Origin: Octopus sinensis | Lineage: Eukaryota | Direction: 5' to 3' | Assembly: GCF_006345805.1 (NCBI RefSeq) | Contig: NC_043015.1 | Span: 30,008,001 to 30,072,000 of the forward strand | DNA: 64,000 bases | In this document: one piece after another, positions 1-13,560 of the stretch | Layout: each line of letters begins with the position of its first letter | How positions within the stretch are numbered: position 1 is the first letter of the stretch | Program-made: the position numbers and the translations under genes | Notes under the pieces: model-generated | What the model saw: only the letters and a program-made list of their open reading frames with translations | The model's database searches: none | Told to the model about the DNA's origin: nothing

Positions 1-238
1 AAAAAAAATTATGCTTCAGATGTATGTATTGATATGTATTGCAAAAAACAGCAAGGTTCCGTTCTCTAACATTTTACATAGTTCAACCTTCACAAGTTAA
101 TGTGTGGAAAACAAAATAGGAATTTTAAAAGAAGTTTCTATAAAACTAGTTTTTAAATATTGCATGACTATGGGGGGTCCACCAGAATAAAATAGTAACC
201 AAAAGGGTCCATAGATACAAAAAGGTTGAGAACCCTTG
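1..238. mobile_element. End of an hAT-like non-autonomous DNA element (partial)
   Basis: Terminus ...aaaggttgagaacccttg resembles hAT/Charlie-type TIR ends. Confidence 0.45.
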
Positions 239-307
239 ATCTAATCGATGCCAGCATCAAAAAGCAAACATAAAAACAACTGAATGAATGAATATGTATG
301 CAGATAT

Positions 308-348
<41 letters not shown>

Positions 349-352
<4 letters not shown>

Positions 353-632
353 GATGCGCAATGGCCCAGTGGTTAGGGCAGCAGACTTGCGGTCGTAGGA
401 TTGCAGTTTCGATTCCCAGACCGGGTGTTGTGAGTGTTTATTGAGCGAAAACATCTAAAGCTCCACGTGGAGGTGGTGACCCCAGCTGTACTCTTTCACT
501 GCAACTTTCTCTCACTCTTTCTTCTGTTGGCCTGCTCGCTCAGCCAGTGGGGTGGCATCATTTGAAGGCTAAAACAATGTGAAATGCATGGTGACCAGCG
601 ATGTGTAGCAACACCTGATAGCCTGGTGGGTC
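349..632 (+). mobile_element. tRNA-derived SINE, family A
   Basis: Head ggatgcgcaatggcccagtggttagg...gtttcgattccc (A/B boxes); homologous to 1400-1712 and 52628-53012. Confidence 0.85.
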
Positions 633-1019
633 ACATGATATATATATATACATATACACACACAAACATACAAATGAGTGATGTGTGTGCAAGTGAGTAT
701 TTGTATATATATATAAATATGTGCATAGCTGTGTGGTTAAAAGTTCACTTTGCAACTACGCAGTTTCATATTCCGTACCACCGCATTATAGTGAAAGCCT
801 CATCAATGAACTTTGTAGGTAAAAAATGAAAAGAAGCCTGGTGTACACACATACTCACATGCGTGCGCACATGAATGGGTGGGTTTCTGTTTTGCACAAA
901 ATGTCTCTTTCTCATATATATATATGCATCAAAATACATTGTATATGTATATGCATACACACAGGTATTCAGGATGTATTGGTGGACAGCATTGGAGGAT
1001 GTAAAAATTGAAGTTGCAG

Positions 1020-1315
1020 TTAAGAAAAAACTGTCGTGACGGACTGGAAGCCATCCAGATATTGGGAAAGAGTTACTTGTATCATCATGGTTTGTGCCAG
1101 GTATCAAAATTGCCAACATCATGACTTCTGCTGTAAGATGTGACACAGACAACTACAATGGTGACCATGGCCACCAAGAAGGGACACAGTAGGCATTCCG
1201 ATAGTGTCCACACACTGGAATTCATCCTCACACCTTTGAAAAAGGCTTTAGGTTTAATTCAGATGGTTACATGAGGCTGCTGGAGACTGATCACTATCTG
1301 GCTGGAGAGGGTTGT
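1020..1315 (+). mobile_element. Degenerate Tc1/mariner-type transposase remnant (a related WPPNSP..PMDYYVW fragment lies at 2040-2092)
   Basis: Broken similarity to DDE transposase segments; FWPPNSPNSHPMDYYVW resembles WPPNSPDLNP.DY. Confidence 0.4.
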
Positions 1316-1399
1316 TGTTGCTGTTGCTGGTTGTTTGTTTGTTGAGTGGAGCGGTCTTCGTCCCATTTGTCTGTAGTGGGAGAAGTCCGAAACGTGGTC

Positions 1400-1712
1400 C
1401 TTTGCTATTCGTAAGACCTGCAGAAGAGAAAGCAGGTCAACCCCCGAAACCGAGAGCATCGACGGATGGATGAATGCGCATCCAGGCTCAGCGGTTGCGT
1501 AGGAAGTCGGGGACAAGAAACAGGAAGAAAGAGTGAAAGAAAGTTGGAGCGAAAGAGTACAACAGGGGTTGCCACCCACACCCCTGCTGGAGCCTCGTGG
1601 AACTTTAGGTGTTTTCGCTCAATAAACACACACAACGCCCGGTTTTGGGAATCGAAACCGCGATCCTCTGACCACGAGTCTGCTGCCCTAACCACTGGGC
1701 CACTGCGACTCC
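1400..1712 (-). mobile_element. tRNA-derived SINE, family A
   Basis: Reverse complement of the head at 349 and 52628. Confidence 0.85.
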
Positions 1713-3586
1713 ACTGTTGCTGCTGCTGCTGGAAGGCCATATGTGTGGCAGTAATATTTGTCCCCTTGCTATACTTCTGGCAAAAGGTAGAAGTGGTTGT
1801 TGGAGAATTTCTATGCCTGTCTTACCTCCTCACCCCTCTGTTCCTAATAACCAACGTTCGGATACATATATTTGCTACTTTCGAGAGCTCATATCGTTAA
1901 CATATCTCTTTGTCCCCTCCTCTTTACTACGTTCTACATTTAATTTCTCCTCCTGATTTCACTTCCCCATATCTTTAAACGATGATGATGATGATGATAT
2001 CTTCTCTCTTGTGCTTATTATTTACCTTTTCTTTCTTTCTTTCTGGCCTCCTAATTCGCCTAACTCTCACCCCATGGATTACTATGTATGGTTGCAAAAT
2101 GAACCTCTTAACCAAACAGCCAAGCCTGCACCCATGTATATTTATACATGTATAACTTTCACTGAATACACAACCGTGTCCAAGATTTTATCTTTTTTTT
2201 TATTTAGATTCCTGGAATTTTTTTCATTTTTGTTTTTACAGTTGGTTTGAAACAAAGTTCCTAAGTTCATATTCAACTTTCCAAGAATCCAATGTATTTA
2301 AGCATCAGTGTTTTTTTATAAACTAGTTGAATTCTTGTAGACTTTCTTGCCAAAGGTTTTTTTTTTTTTAATGTAAGCTTCATATTTCAACAATTGCATG
2401 TTGATTTGCTTGCCAGACAAATTTTGATCATTAAGATATCATGTCAGTAGCCACATGTTAAATGATTTTGTGTGTAGGAGTGAATGTATATAAGTATACA
2501 TTTTATATATATATATATATACACATACAAACACAAATATAAATACATACACAAGCACATACATTCACATATATACACACACATATTTGCACATCCTCAT
2601 ACAGATACTTACACATACAAACAACTGTGTTCCTCACCCAATTTGTTACTGTCAAATGTTATCTCCCTACATTCATCTTTCCATCACTGTTGCTGTAATT
2701 AAATGAGAACATATTTCATCCCCTTTCCCTGCTAAAAGCTATCTCTCTATCCCTGGAATAATTTTCTTTCAGCATTCACTCCCCTCATTCTTAACTTCGT
2801 TCCTCTCCTCTCACATTTTGCATTGATCACACCTCCTGCACTACCACCAATCATCCCTTCCTACCTCCTTAACCAGATATGACACCCATATATAGCAGCT
2901 ACCACTGACACCACAACCACCACTGCTTTCCACCTACTACACTCATTCCCATGTGCTTCTAAACACCTCCAGCTCTGTCATTATATGGTTCTTTTACTCT
3001 CTCTCCTCACTCTTACAAGCCTTACCCACCCATTCCTGTCCACCATCACCATATTTCTCCTCTGGCGGTCTTAGTATGTGTCCAGCCATTCCCATTCATC
3101 ATTCAGTTATAATTGCATGCAGCGGACTTACTCTTGCTGCTTGGAGAATGGCTTCATATGTCACTCTGTCTTAGGATCTTTCTGAGGCACCACTGATGAA
3201 ATACATTGAGTTGGCAGACGATTTTGACTGTCACCTTGCAGGTCATCAGATAAATCATCACCACCATCTTTATCTCTCTCATTTCAGCTCTCCACTCCAT
3301 CCACCCTTATATGAGGCAGCTCTGCATCTCTATTCTTTCACATTTTTAACTTCTCAACACCCAGTATAAAAACTACCTCCCTCTTGAGTGAAAGAGCTCT
3401 TTCATCTAGCAAGTTACATGGCAACCTCAGTGGTGCCAATGTCTTGTAAAAAAAAACAGCATCAAGTACACTCAATAAAGTATTTAGTGTTACAAAGGAC
3501 ATTCAACCATAGTCATAACAAAGTAAACATTGGAACACAACACAGTACATGCAAAAAACATGTTAAATGGTGATATGTATATCTGA

Positions 3587-3621
<35 letters not shown>

Positions 3622-3652
3622 GTAGAAATATGTTAAGAAAAGAAAATATAAA

Positions 3653-4043
3653 GGTAAAATATGAAAAATCAACGAAAATGCATATTGCAGATAGAAAAAG
3701 GCTATTTATGACAGGTAGTGACAAATATATACATTTAGATTGACTGAGGTAGTAATACGAGTCATAAAGGTCATTATTATGAGATGATTATAAGATGATG
3801 ATAAAGTAAGAGAACAAAATGAACCAATGGTTTACATGAAGGCTATTCATCATTTGCCAATTGGTTTGTTTCGGTCTCTTACTTTATTATTATTATTATC
3901 ATCTTATAATCATCTCATAATAATGACCTTTATGACTCGTATTACTTCCTCAGTCAATCTAAATGTATATATTTGTCACTACCTGTCATAAATAGCCTTT
4001 TTCTATCTGCAATATGCATTTTTGTTGATTTTTCATATTTGAC

Positions 4044-4044
<1 letters not shown>
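3653..4044. repeat. Long inverted repeat (arms about 180 bp)
   Basis: 3653-3830 is the near-perfect reverse complement of 3860-4044; (TA)n on both sides. Confidence 0.95.
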
Positions 4045-4089
<45 letters not shown>

Positions 4090-4109
4090 TCCTACATACA
4101 AATATATAT

Positions 4110-4340
4110 TTCTTTATTACCCACAAGGGGCTGAACATAGAGGGGACAAACAAGGACAGACGAAGGTATTAAGTCGATTACATCGACCCCCAGTGAGTAA
4201 CTGGTACTTAATTTATCGACCCCGAAAGGATGAAAGGCAAAGTCAACCTCGGCAGAATTTGAACTCAGAACGTAACGACAGACGAAATACAGCTAAGCAT
4301 TTCGCCTGGCACGCTAACGTTTCTGCCAGCTCACCGCCTT
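4110..4340 (-). mobile_element. SINE, family B (ggcggtgagctggcagaaacgttagc... head)
   Basis: Homologous to 59670-60080 and to partial copies at 18932-19076 and 33288-33435. Confidence 0.85.
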
Positions 4341-4599
4341 CCTACATACAAATATATACACACATACACTAATCATAATCATCATCATCGTTTAAAGTCC
4401 GCTTTCCGTGCTAGCACAGGTTGGACGATTTTGACTGAGGGTTGGTGAACCAGATGGTTGCACCAGGCTCCAATCTTGATTTGGCAGAGTTTCTACAGCT
4501 GGATGCCCTTCCTAATGCCAACCACTCCAAGAGTGTAGTGGGTGCTTTTTACGTGCCATACACAAACATGCATATATTCATCCTCTGTTGTTGAAGAGG

Positions 4600-5450
4600 A
4601 CCAAGATTCAAGGATGGGTTAGACGACTGGTCTGGTGGTTCCACTGCTGGTTTATGTGGCCCACCTTGGCCCAGAAATCTTAATTCACAAGTAAGACATG
4701 TATAGAAAAGTACAGCATGCCCCTCAGCAGCCAGTGCTATTTTGCTTTCACCTATCTCGGCCCCTTTGTCAATCAGAGCACCCTAGTTTCAATTTAGGGT
4801 AAATACAACAGTGAGCTCTTTTGAAGATGCAATCAGTTGGCCTACTTTTTCCTTTGCCTCCCAACAGCACCCCTTCCTTGGTAGTGTCCTCCATGAAGCA
4901 ACTGGTATAAGATGCTACAGCATGGCAGACAACTGACATATGCAGCACATTTCACAAAAGGTTTCAGCAGAACAGTGTACATGCTGGAGCACAGGATAAC
5001 TCTGTCCTGCCAATGGATGGAAGCAGAGGATGCTGTTGAGAAACTTCATATAAGAAACGAATGAGATGTCACGCATCTCTTCTCCTGACTGTCCAGACGG
5101 TTGTAAAAACAACTGTGCAGCAGACCATGAACTTGGTGACGAGTTCTGATTCCTCTGTGCTCCCACCCCATATACGGCAGCCAAAAGGTAATGCCAGCTT
5201 CAGAGATCCTGCTGGTGACCTCTTCATCAATGCTAACTGCCCATGAGAGCGACCCACTGAGGAAAGTTAACCTATCAACCACCTGAGGTTTATTTTCCCT
5301 TCACTTAGGTTTGATGCAGATTGTTTCCAAGCACTGGTTGGGGCAGGATCTCGGTGATCTTCATTATGAAGTCAAGGATATTACAGAGAATTTTCCCCTC
5401 TGTTCACTGACCAAATTGTTCAAGCAAAACACTAAGTGATGCAATACTTT
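4600..5450 (-). mobile_element. Degenerate RTE-clade LINE 3' fragment
   Basis: Translation VDRLTFLSGSLSWAVSIDEEVTSRISEAGITF resembles RTE 'VDKFTYLGSTLS...IDDEV..RI.KAS.AF'; frameshifted. Confidence 0.75.
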
Positions 5451-6151
5451 TGGCTTAGTACAAAGGTACACATTGACATATACACAGATATATATATTCA
5501 GTACAGACATACGTGTACACATACATCATTCATTCACGCATAAATATATACATTCAGTCATACATACACATATACATACATATAGTTCATAGTAAAAATT
5601 ATAGACCTGAAAATTCCTGAAGATTATATCAATCAAATGAATTGTAAGTAACAGAAAACATTAATTAAACTAATCACTTCATTAACTATTACTACAAAAG
5701 TTAGTACTTATTAAGAAGGTCCTACAGAGTTATTATTCTGGTTAAAATGTTAAGAAACCTATTTATGAAAATAAATTTAATCACATTCATTCAACTACAT
5801 TCAGAACTAATTAAGATGGCAGGGAAAAAGGAGTAAAAGAAATTAATTAAAAATAATAATATATATAAAACAATAAGAGGCAAAACAATGTTAATGTAGT
5901 TTAATAAAGAATAGTTGTGACACGTGAGAAAGAGTGGGACAGGAGTCAGTGAAAACTAAGATTTATACTGAAGACTAGTAAGGATGTAGAGAGAGAGAGA
6001 GAGATAGAGAGACAGATAGAGTCTGTGTCAGTTTTAGATCAAAAGCTCAATGAAAAAGGAAATCTGGCAGAGAAAAACTGCACGCTGTGAAGAAGAAGGG
6101 TTAACTGCTTCCAGTAAAAGCCACTGGCCTCCACTAGAAGCAGAAACTGAC

Positions 6152-6620
6152 CTTGGTTTTTTTGAGGGCATCCTTCTGCTTTCCGATAGCCAAGAAACTG
6201 CTTAGGCATTACCAAAAAAGGTCGTGACTTGTTTTTCGTGTGGAGACGGCTTGTGGGCGTATTAGGGAACTACTGAATGTATGGCCTATAAACAGCGAAA
6301 CGAGGAAACAAAAAAGCTTAGAAGATGAATCTATGAAAGGAACGGAGGCGGTTCAACGCAACCGACGTCACAGGTAAAATTGTCAAGAATACAGGTGTGC
6401 AAAACAGGAGACATGCACTTTGCTCAAACTGGTGGCTGGTCCTCCGTTGTAGGTGGACCGATCAAATGATGCAAGTGTGAGTGGAGCTTGAGAAATATCA
6501 TGTACATTCAAAATGAGAGAATACAAAAACAGAGAGAGGCAAAAGGACAGCACGAGTTAAATTAGGTTTTATACTCACATCCAATGAAACAAAGCTCAGA
6601 CCCTAAGCCAGCTCTAACCA
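6152..6620 (-). other. Cluster of small candidate exons (donor at 6579; exon 6486-6419; exon 6285/6272/6269-6152)
   Basis: GAT|gtgagt donor, pyrimidine tracts with acceptors at 6487 and 6286, tandem cag/tag acceptors and a CAAG|gtcagt donor in a high-complexity island; coding status unresolved. Confidence 0.45.
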
Positions 6621-7122
6621 GGCAACAGCAATACATATATACAGATAAACTATTAGTCTCATCAGAGAGTAAACTATTCACAGATAGAAGATACGTTTAC
6701 TGGTCGTTATTTACAAATATATTCAAATGCTCATGCCTATAGCTTAACATTTAATTTCTTCCTATTTTTTTTCTAAGTGTTATAGTTTTAATAGAGTTTC
6801 CTTCATGCTAATAAAATTAATTATAGAAGGAAACTTATGTAGGTAAAAACTTCTGTAACTCATGAGAGGTTAAGGTGCTTTCCTAAAATTACTATGTTAA
6901 AAGACAATCTTCTGTAGAAAATACATTCTAGAAGTGAAAGACCAGCAATTAAATAAGGGTAACAGCTAACACCTCCTTTATTCCCACCCTTATAAAAATA
7001 ATAACAGTGGTAATAGTTTCAATATTAAAATTCTTAACTCCAATTTAAAACACCTTAAATATGTCTACAAATATTAAAATACAATAAACCAAGGGTGTAA
7101 AATATATATATATAAGCATACA

Positions 7123-7177
<55 letters not shown>

Positions 7178-7689
7178 TATGTATATACACACTAGACAGA
7201 AATAACAAATTGGAGTGAGAGAAATTTAACAATTAACAAATCAAGCTTATTTGTTTAGGTAAATCTGAAATATGAACTGAAGCGTTAACTGAGATGATAT
7301 GATCATATTAATTGATGAACTCCACCCTGAAGATGAAAATAATATTAAAGGGGATAAGAAAAAAAAAATAACATCAAGGGGGGGGGGGAGCAGAGAAATA
7401 AAAAAAAAAAACATACGGAAAACAAAACATGGAGAAAATCACTAGACAAAAAAAAAATTCACTAGAAAAAAAAATAGTTTCATTTCAAACGAAGTTATCA
7501 AATATTTTGATAAAATATTTTGTGCTGAACCTGATGAGGAAAAAAAAAAAAAATTATTGGTAACTAGATAAATTAGTCAATATAAAATCTTATTATTTTG
7601 AAATGGTAGTCAAAAAAAAAAAAAAATCCAAACTGCTAAAATTAACCGTTTTCACATATACAGTTATGCTTCAAAGGGTTAAAAAAAAC

Positions 7690-7726
<37 letters not shown>

Positions 7727-7997
7727 CTGAAACAGCTGTAAGAAGTAATTTCAGGACTTCATTAATTTATAATATGACTTTTAAATTCTGTATTTGTATT
7801 ATTATCTTATCTATTGATTTATATAATATTTTGTATGCTTTTGATGTTCTCATTTGTAAAATGAATAAATAATCCAACATTATAATATCCATAAGTTATT
7901 TTATTTTATCTAGTTTCAGCTCACGAGCTGTGGCCATGCTGGGGCACCGCCATTAGTTGATGAACAAACTAAATTTTTCTTATTTGTATTATATATA

Positions 7998-8038
<41 letters not shown>

Positions 8039-11000
8039 TTTTTTTTGGGCGGGAGAATAGAAAATGGAGGTTGTAGTGGCTGGAAACAAGTTGAAAAGGA
8101 GACCAAAGTTTCAAGTGTTAAAACATGCGATGGATTGCCTTTTTGTTTCAACATCACACCCAACAAACTCAGGTTCATCCCCTTATGTGACACTTTCCAG
8201 AAGGTTTTAAACACTCCATGGTTGGCTCAGCACCCTCTTCACAAATTTTACTTCTGGGGAAGCATGTAGATTTTTCAAACAGGTTCCCTGTCTGCTCAGC
8301 CAACAGTGGTCCAAAATATTACTTCACACCTCCTATGAACAAACTTATGCTCTTATGATTACCTAGAGAAGGTAACTGGAAATAATACCAGGGTGCCCCA
8401 AAAGATTTGACACTTTGGACTGATGTACTTGGAAATCAAATGGTCTGCCTTGTCACATTAATTCTGCACGAGGACTATATTAAGGACAAGTATGTTTGGA
8501 ATACTCAGCTACTTCTATAACCTTGATCCTTTACTTATTTCAGTCATTGGACAGCAGCCCTACTGGAGCACTACCTTGAAGGGGTTTAGTCAAACAAATT
8601 GACCCCAGTACTTATTTTTTAAAGTTTGGTACTTATTCTGTTTGCTTCTTTTGCCAAAGAACTAACTCACTAGGGACATAAACAAAACAGTACTGGTTGT
8701 CAAGTTGGGGAGAGGGACAAACACAAAGACACAACCAATGGGCTTCCACAGTTTTCATCTACCAAATTCACTCACAAGACATTGGTCAGCTTGCCCAAGC
8801 CACCATGCAATGGGACTGAACTCAAAACCACATTATTGCAAAACAAGTTTCTTAACTACATAGCTATGCCTGCACCTAAGTGTAAACTGCCAGAATCATT
8901 CAGCAAATCAAACTAGAATACTCATCATAAAAACCAACCTGTGTGTGTGTACAAGCATGTTTATATGCGTGAAACTACTCCCTATGCATTTGTATGATCT
9001 CCCCTGTCTGGCAAATAATCTCTGGTTCATTTCTTTCAATAAACCTGTAAATTACTAGGGCAAATCTGTCAAATCATCCACAACAACTTACTTCACATTC
9101 CACCAATGTCCCCCAAACCATTTTCCATACCATCTCCATTCTCGCCCAGAGCCCATACCTACTCAGTATAAACTGTACACAAAGCCACAAAGTATATTCA
9201 GTCAGTGTTCTACTGCGAGTTGTTAGAAACATAACTAGGCAGAAGTTATAACGATACAACAAAACAAGTCAAGCAGAAATTGTGCTTACTTGTAGTTTTG
9301 AATTTTGTATCATACACAACATATACTCAACAGTAAAGACACACACTATTTCATGGCATAAAAGACAGGTATATTAGACGCTTCCCAATTTCGGTAATTC
9401 ATATTTCAGAAAGTTTTTAGTGCAGTGAAGCATATAACATCTAATCCTTTAGTATTCAAACTGGCCAATATATTTGACCAGTTTTGCATTCAACCTGGTC
9501 AGATCCAGTCTCTTATATCTACCCTAAAATGTCACTCTAAAAAGTAAACAATCGCATTATTGAAATCTCAAAAGCTACAACAACATAATTTGTGATTAAT
9601 TCAAAACAATGTGAATAAATAAACATTACATTTGACAGAGTAATCTGAATGCTAAAGGGTTAAAAACAAATTTGTATATAGGACCTGGGGTAAGTATTTG
9701 AGACATTTCCCTTGGGGGGAAAAAAAAGGGGCGTTTTATATAACATCAAATATGGTACATTCTAGAAACAAATTAAACAAAAAAAATATAAAAATACAAC
9801 ATAAAGAAATATTAAACAATATTCATCAAGGACATGACAAAAAAGAAAAATTTAAATTATAAATTTACACACAATCAAACCCATATAGCATTACAAACAT
9901 TGTACATCAAACAAGAGACTATGCATTTCACAAGAACCAGAAATGATGATTTTTTAGAGCTTTTATAATACTCTTACAAAGTTCTTCAGACTATTATTTA
10001 TGGTGTGTGTTGGGTCGTAAATAGCCATATGACTTTTGCAGTATAATTACTTTCTCAATACATAACTTTTAAAATAGACCCTAGAACAAGTATAATGGTA
10101 ACCATTCTTCTCTCATTTTCATCTAACTACTGTCATTAATCTTTTAATCCTTTAGCATTTGAATTGGCCATATCTGGCCCAGACCAGTCACCAAACTTTG
10201 GTGCCTAGGGGGTGCTTCAGAATAATTTGTATTGCAGGAAAATTTTTGTAAACTGTGGCACATGGAAAGCTCCTTTTGAGTGTTCCGCTTCACAGAGGCA
10301 TTGATGAATGACCTAGCATTGTTTCCAGGTCATTTGACAAGGACACAGTGACCAGTGGAATGAGCCAACAAGAGTATCTACATCAGTCATGGGCAGCCTA
10401 CGGCCTATGGGACTTTCCGAATGACATAACTGACAAAAAATTACCTTGAATATTTTTGGTAGTGCTGGCTGCCTGATAATGACGAACCGTGTCTCATACA
10501 GCTTGCTCTAGTAAAAGTCTGTCTGTGCCTGCTTTACATGATCGGTTCACTTGCTAGAAATAGCAGCCAAATTTCTTTCAGATCACACCTTTCTATCTAA
10601 GAAGAGGACATAATGAGACATACAGTCAAGGCAAACTACAGTAGTCACAGGGCTAGAATGCCTTTGATTATAGATCCTCTCATTCGGGAATGATCTGGGG
10701 TTGAACTAGGTGAGTGAGGTTGGTGGAAATTGAAGTTAGATTGTCACCGTTTTAGGGTAACCGTTTGAAAAGAGAGAGATCCAGAATTACACAGGTCAGG
10801 GGTACAAAGGGTCGAAGCTGATGCAAATATTCGTCCAGTTTAATACAAAAACATGCACTTATGGCTATTGTTGTTTATCTATAGTTTAACCCCTGATCCA
10901 GTAGACTTATGACCCCAAAGGTATTTTGCTCGTTAGCATTCAATTTCTGTCAAATGAAATGCTTATTTATTTACAATTTGAATTAGTCATGAATTACTTT

Positions 11001-12219
11001 GTAGCTTAGAGATTTCAATGATGTGATTATTTATTCTTAAAATAATAGTGTAGGCTAAGTGTGAGAGACCTGATTTGGCCAGTATATAGACAAAACAAGT
11101 AAATTATTTTGGCAGGATATGGCCAATTTAAATGCTAAAGGGTTGACAGATTGAGCCCTATAATCAAAATATTCTGAGATAGAGTTGATTATTTGAAATA
11201 ATATACATGAAAACTAGAATACTGACCAAATAAATGTTGTCTTCATATAGTCTACATGAAGCCATTACTAATGATCATAGTTCTATAGAATTGGTATCTC
11301 AATCTCTCACACATCAACTTTTGGTGGTTTTGAACTCAGAAATGCAAAGCAAGGCAATGAACCAGAAGACACCAAAGCATATATATGACTAAAAATTCTT
11401 CAAAGGGGTGCCCCAGCATGGCCACAGTCTCATTATTGAAACAAGTAAAAAAAAAAAATGCACAAATAACAAAAACAGAAAACCTGCCAACTCTAACAAC
11501 ACCCCACTCTATCTATAAAGTGCAACATGTGTGTGTGGCCACATGTTTCATGTAAGGATCTGACTTCTTAGTTGTTGAAAATACTGACATAAGAAATAGG
11601 AGAAGAAAAGAACAAAGAAGGAATAGACACCAACGATAGACAGACAGACACAGGCATAGCTGTGTGGTTAGAAAGCTTGCTTCTTAACTGAGTGATCTCA
11701 GATTTAGTCCCACTGCATGACACCATGGGGTAAACATCTATTATAGCCCTGGGCTGACAAAAGATTTGTGAGAGAATTTGGTGGACAGAGATTGAAGGAA
11801 CCCTGTCATGTATGTTTGTGGGTGCATGCATCTTGATATCATGTGATGGGGGTCGAAAGTGAGCAGACCTGTTATACAGCATCCACCAGGAAGGGGGAAT
11901 CCCCAACAAATGGTGGATGCACTGACATGCTGCTACAGTGCATGACCCCCATACTACTACAACTGCTACTGTCATACAAGCAATGTTGCTCATCTCTAGT
12001 CTTCCACAAAAAACATATCTAGTCATGGGGAAATATTAGCTTGCCATAAAACAGATGAGGGTTGGCAACAAGGAATGGCATTAGGCCTTTGAAAATCTGC
12101 CTTAAAATTCCATCTGACCCATGCAAGCATGGAAAAGTGGACGTTAACTGATGATGATAGTCAAATATAACATTTTATACAAAACCTGTAATTTAGTACA
12201 AACATACCACTTTAAGACT

Positions 12220-12665
12220 ATATATTGGGTTGTCCCATTTTGTTGCTGCACAATGCGTCTCCATCTTTCCTTTAACTTGAAAATACCCTCTTCACAGAAT
12301 TGAGATGGTTTCATGGCAAAGAATTCATCAAGGTATCTTTTTATGTCATCCAAGGAATTGAAATTTTTACCATTAAGGCTATTCTACAGAGACCTGAATA
12401 AGTGGAAATCCGAAGGAGCAATATCTGGTGAATATGGAAGGTGGGGTAACACATCCCAGCCAAGCTGCAGCAATTTTTGTCTGGTTCCTAAAGCAGCAAG
12501 TGCTGCAAATGAACTTTCTTATCTTCCATTTTAAAGGGTTACAGAATTAACACAGGTTATAGGAACATAAACCTTCTTCCACGAAAAGATAGCTTAAACT
12601 GTGCTCTAAACGGAGGTGTAGTCAAATCCTCTTTTATGGACGCAACCATGTTCTAAGATAAGTCG
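12220..12665 (-). mobile_element. Mariner transposase remnant
   Basis: Minus-strand PYSPDIAPSDFHLFRSL and DDIKRYLDEFFAMKPSQFCEEGIFKLKERWRRIV match the mariner C-terminus. Confidence 0.9.
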
Positions 12666-13166
12666 AAAGGTAAGCTACTATAAATCGGCATGAACTTTCC
12701 AGACAACCCAATATAAGCTTTTTTTTTTCCTTAAATCTTTTGGGAGGGTGCTCCTCCATTAAAACAAGGACACATTCTTTATATCTTCTCTCATAACAAA
12801 CCAGGTTGTACAAGTGATTGTTGACCTCACCACAAAGTAATCCCCAGAGCTGTCTCAAACCATACTATCTTTGCAGAAAGTGACAATTCGATCAAGGAAG
12901 CAATTGCCGAGAAGATGTGACATTCATAGGTAGAATACCTTTAATCACATGTTTGCATGAATCACACATACCAGTGCCACTTTGAAAGCACCTGCACCCA
13001 TGCCTGTGTCACGTAAAAAGCACCTGCGCCACTACCATGTAAAAAGCTTCCTGTACATTTATGTACGTATGCATATATATATACACATGCATACATACAG
13101 AAGTAATAGATAGCTCTATAACCTAGGCGACCTAATTAGCAGTGTGCATTCCAAAAACATAGTATA

Positions 13167-13560
13167 GGCGCAGGAGTGGCTGTGGGGTAAGTAGCTTGCT
13201 AACCAACCACATGGTTCCGGGTTCAGTCCCACTGCGTGGCATCTTGGGCAAGTGTCTTCTACTATAGCCCTGGGCCGACCAATGCCTTGCGAGTGGATTT
13301 GGTAGACGGAAACTGAAAGAAGCCTGTCGTATATATGTATATATATATGTGTGTGTGTGTGTTTGTGTTTGTCCCCCACCAACATTGCTTGACAACCGAT
13401 GCTGGTGTGTTTACGTCCCCGTCACTTAGCGGTTCGGCAAAAGAGACCGATAGAATAAGTACGGGCTTACAAAGAATAAGTCCCGGGGTCGATTTGCTCG
13501 ACTAAAGGCGGTACTCCAGCATGGCCGCAGTCAGATGACTGAAACAAGTAAAAGAGTAAA
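13167..13560 (+). mobile_element. tRNA-derived SINE, family C (full length)
   Basis: Head ggcgcaggagtggctgtggggtaagtagcttgc, tail gactgaaacaagtaaaagagtaaa; close copies at 59250-59635, 60177-60560 and 62018-62403. Confidence 0.9.

Noticed and set aside
6105-6143. Iron-responsive element (CAGUG loop on minus strand)
   Set aside because: No bulged C five pairs below the loop and the sixth loop base is G; geometry does not fit an IRE.
13167-13240. tRNA-like sequences with A/B boxes (also 349, 52628, 60177, 62018)
   Set aside because: They are SINE heads continuing into repeat bodies; no complete cloverleaf.
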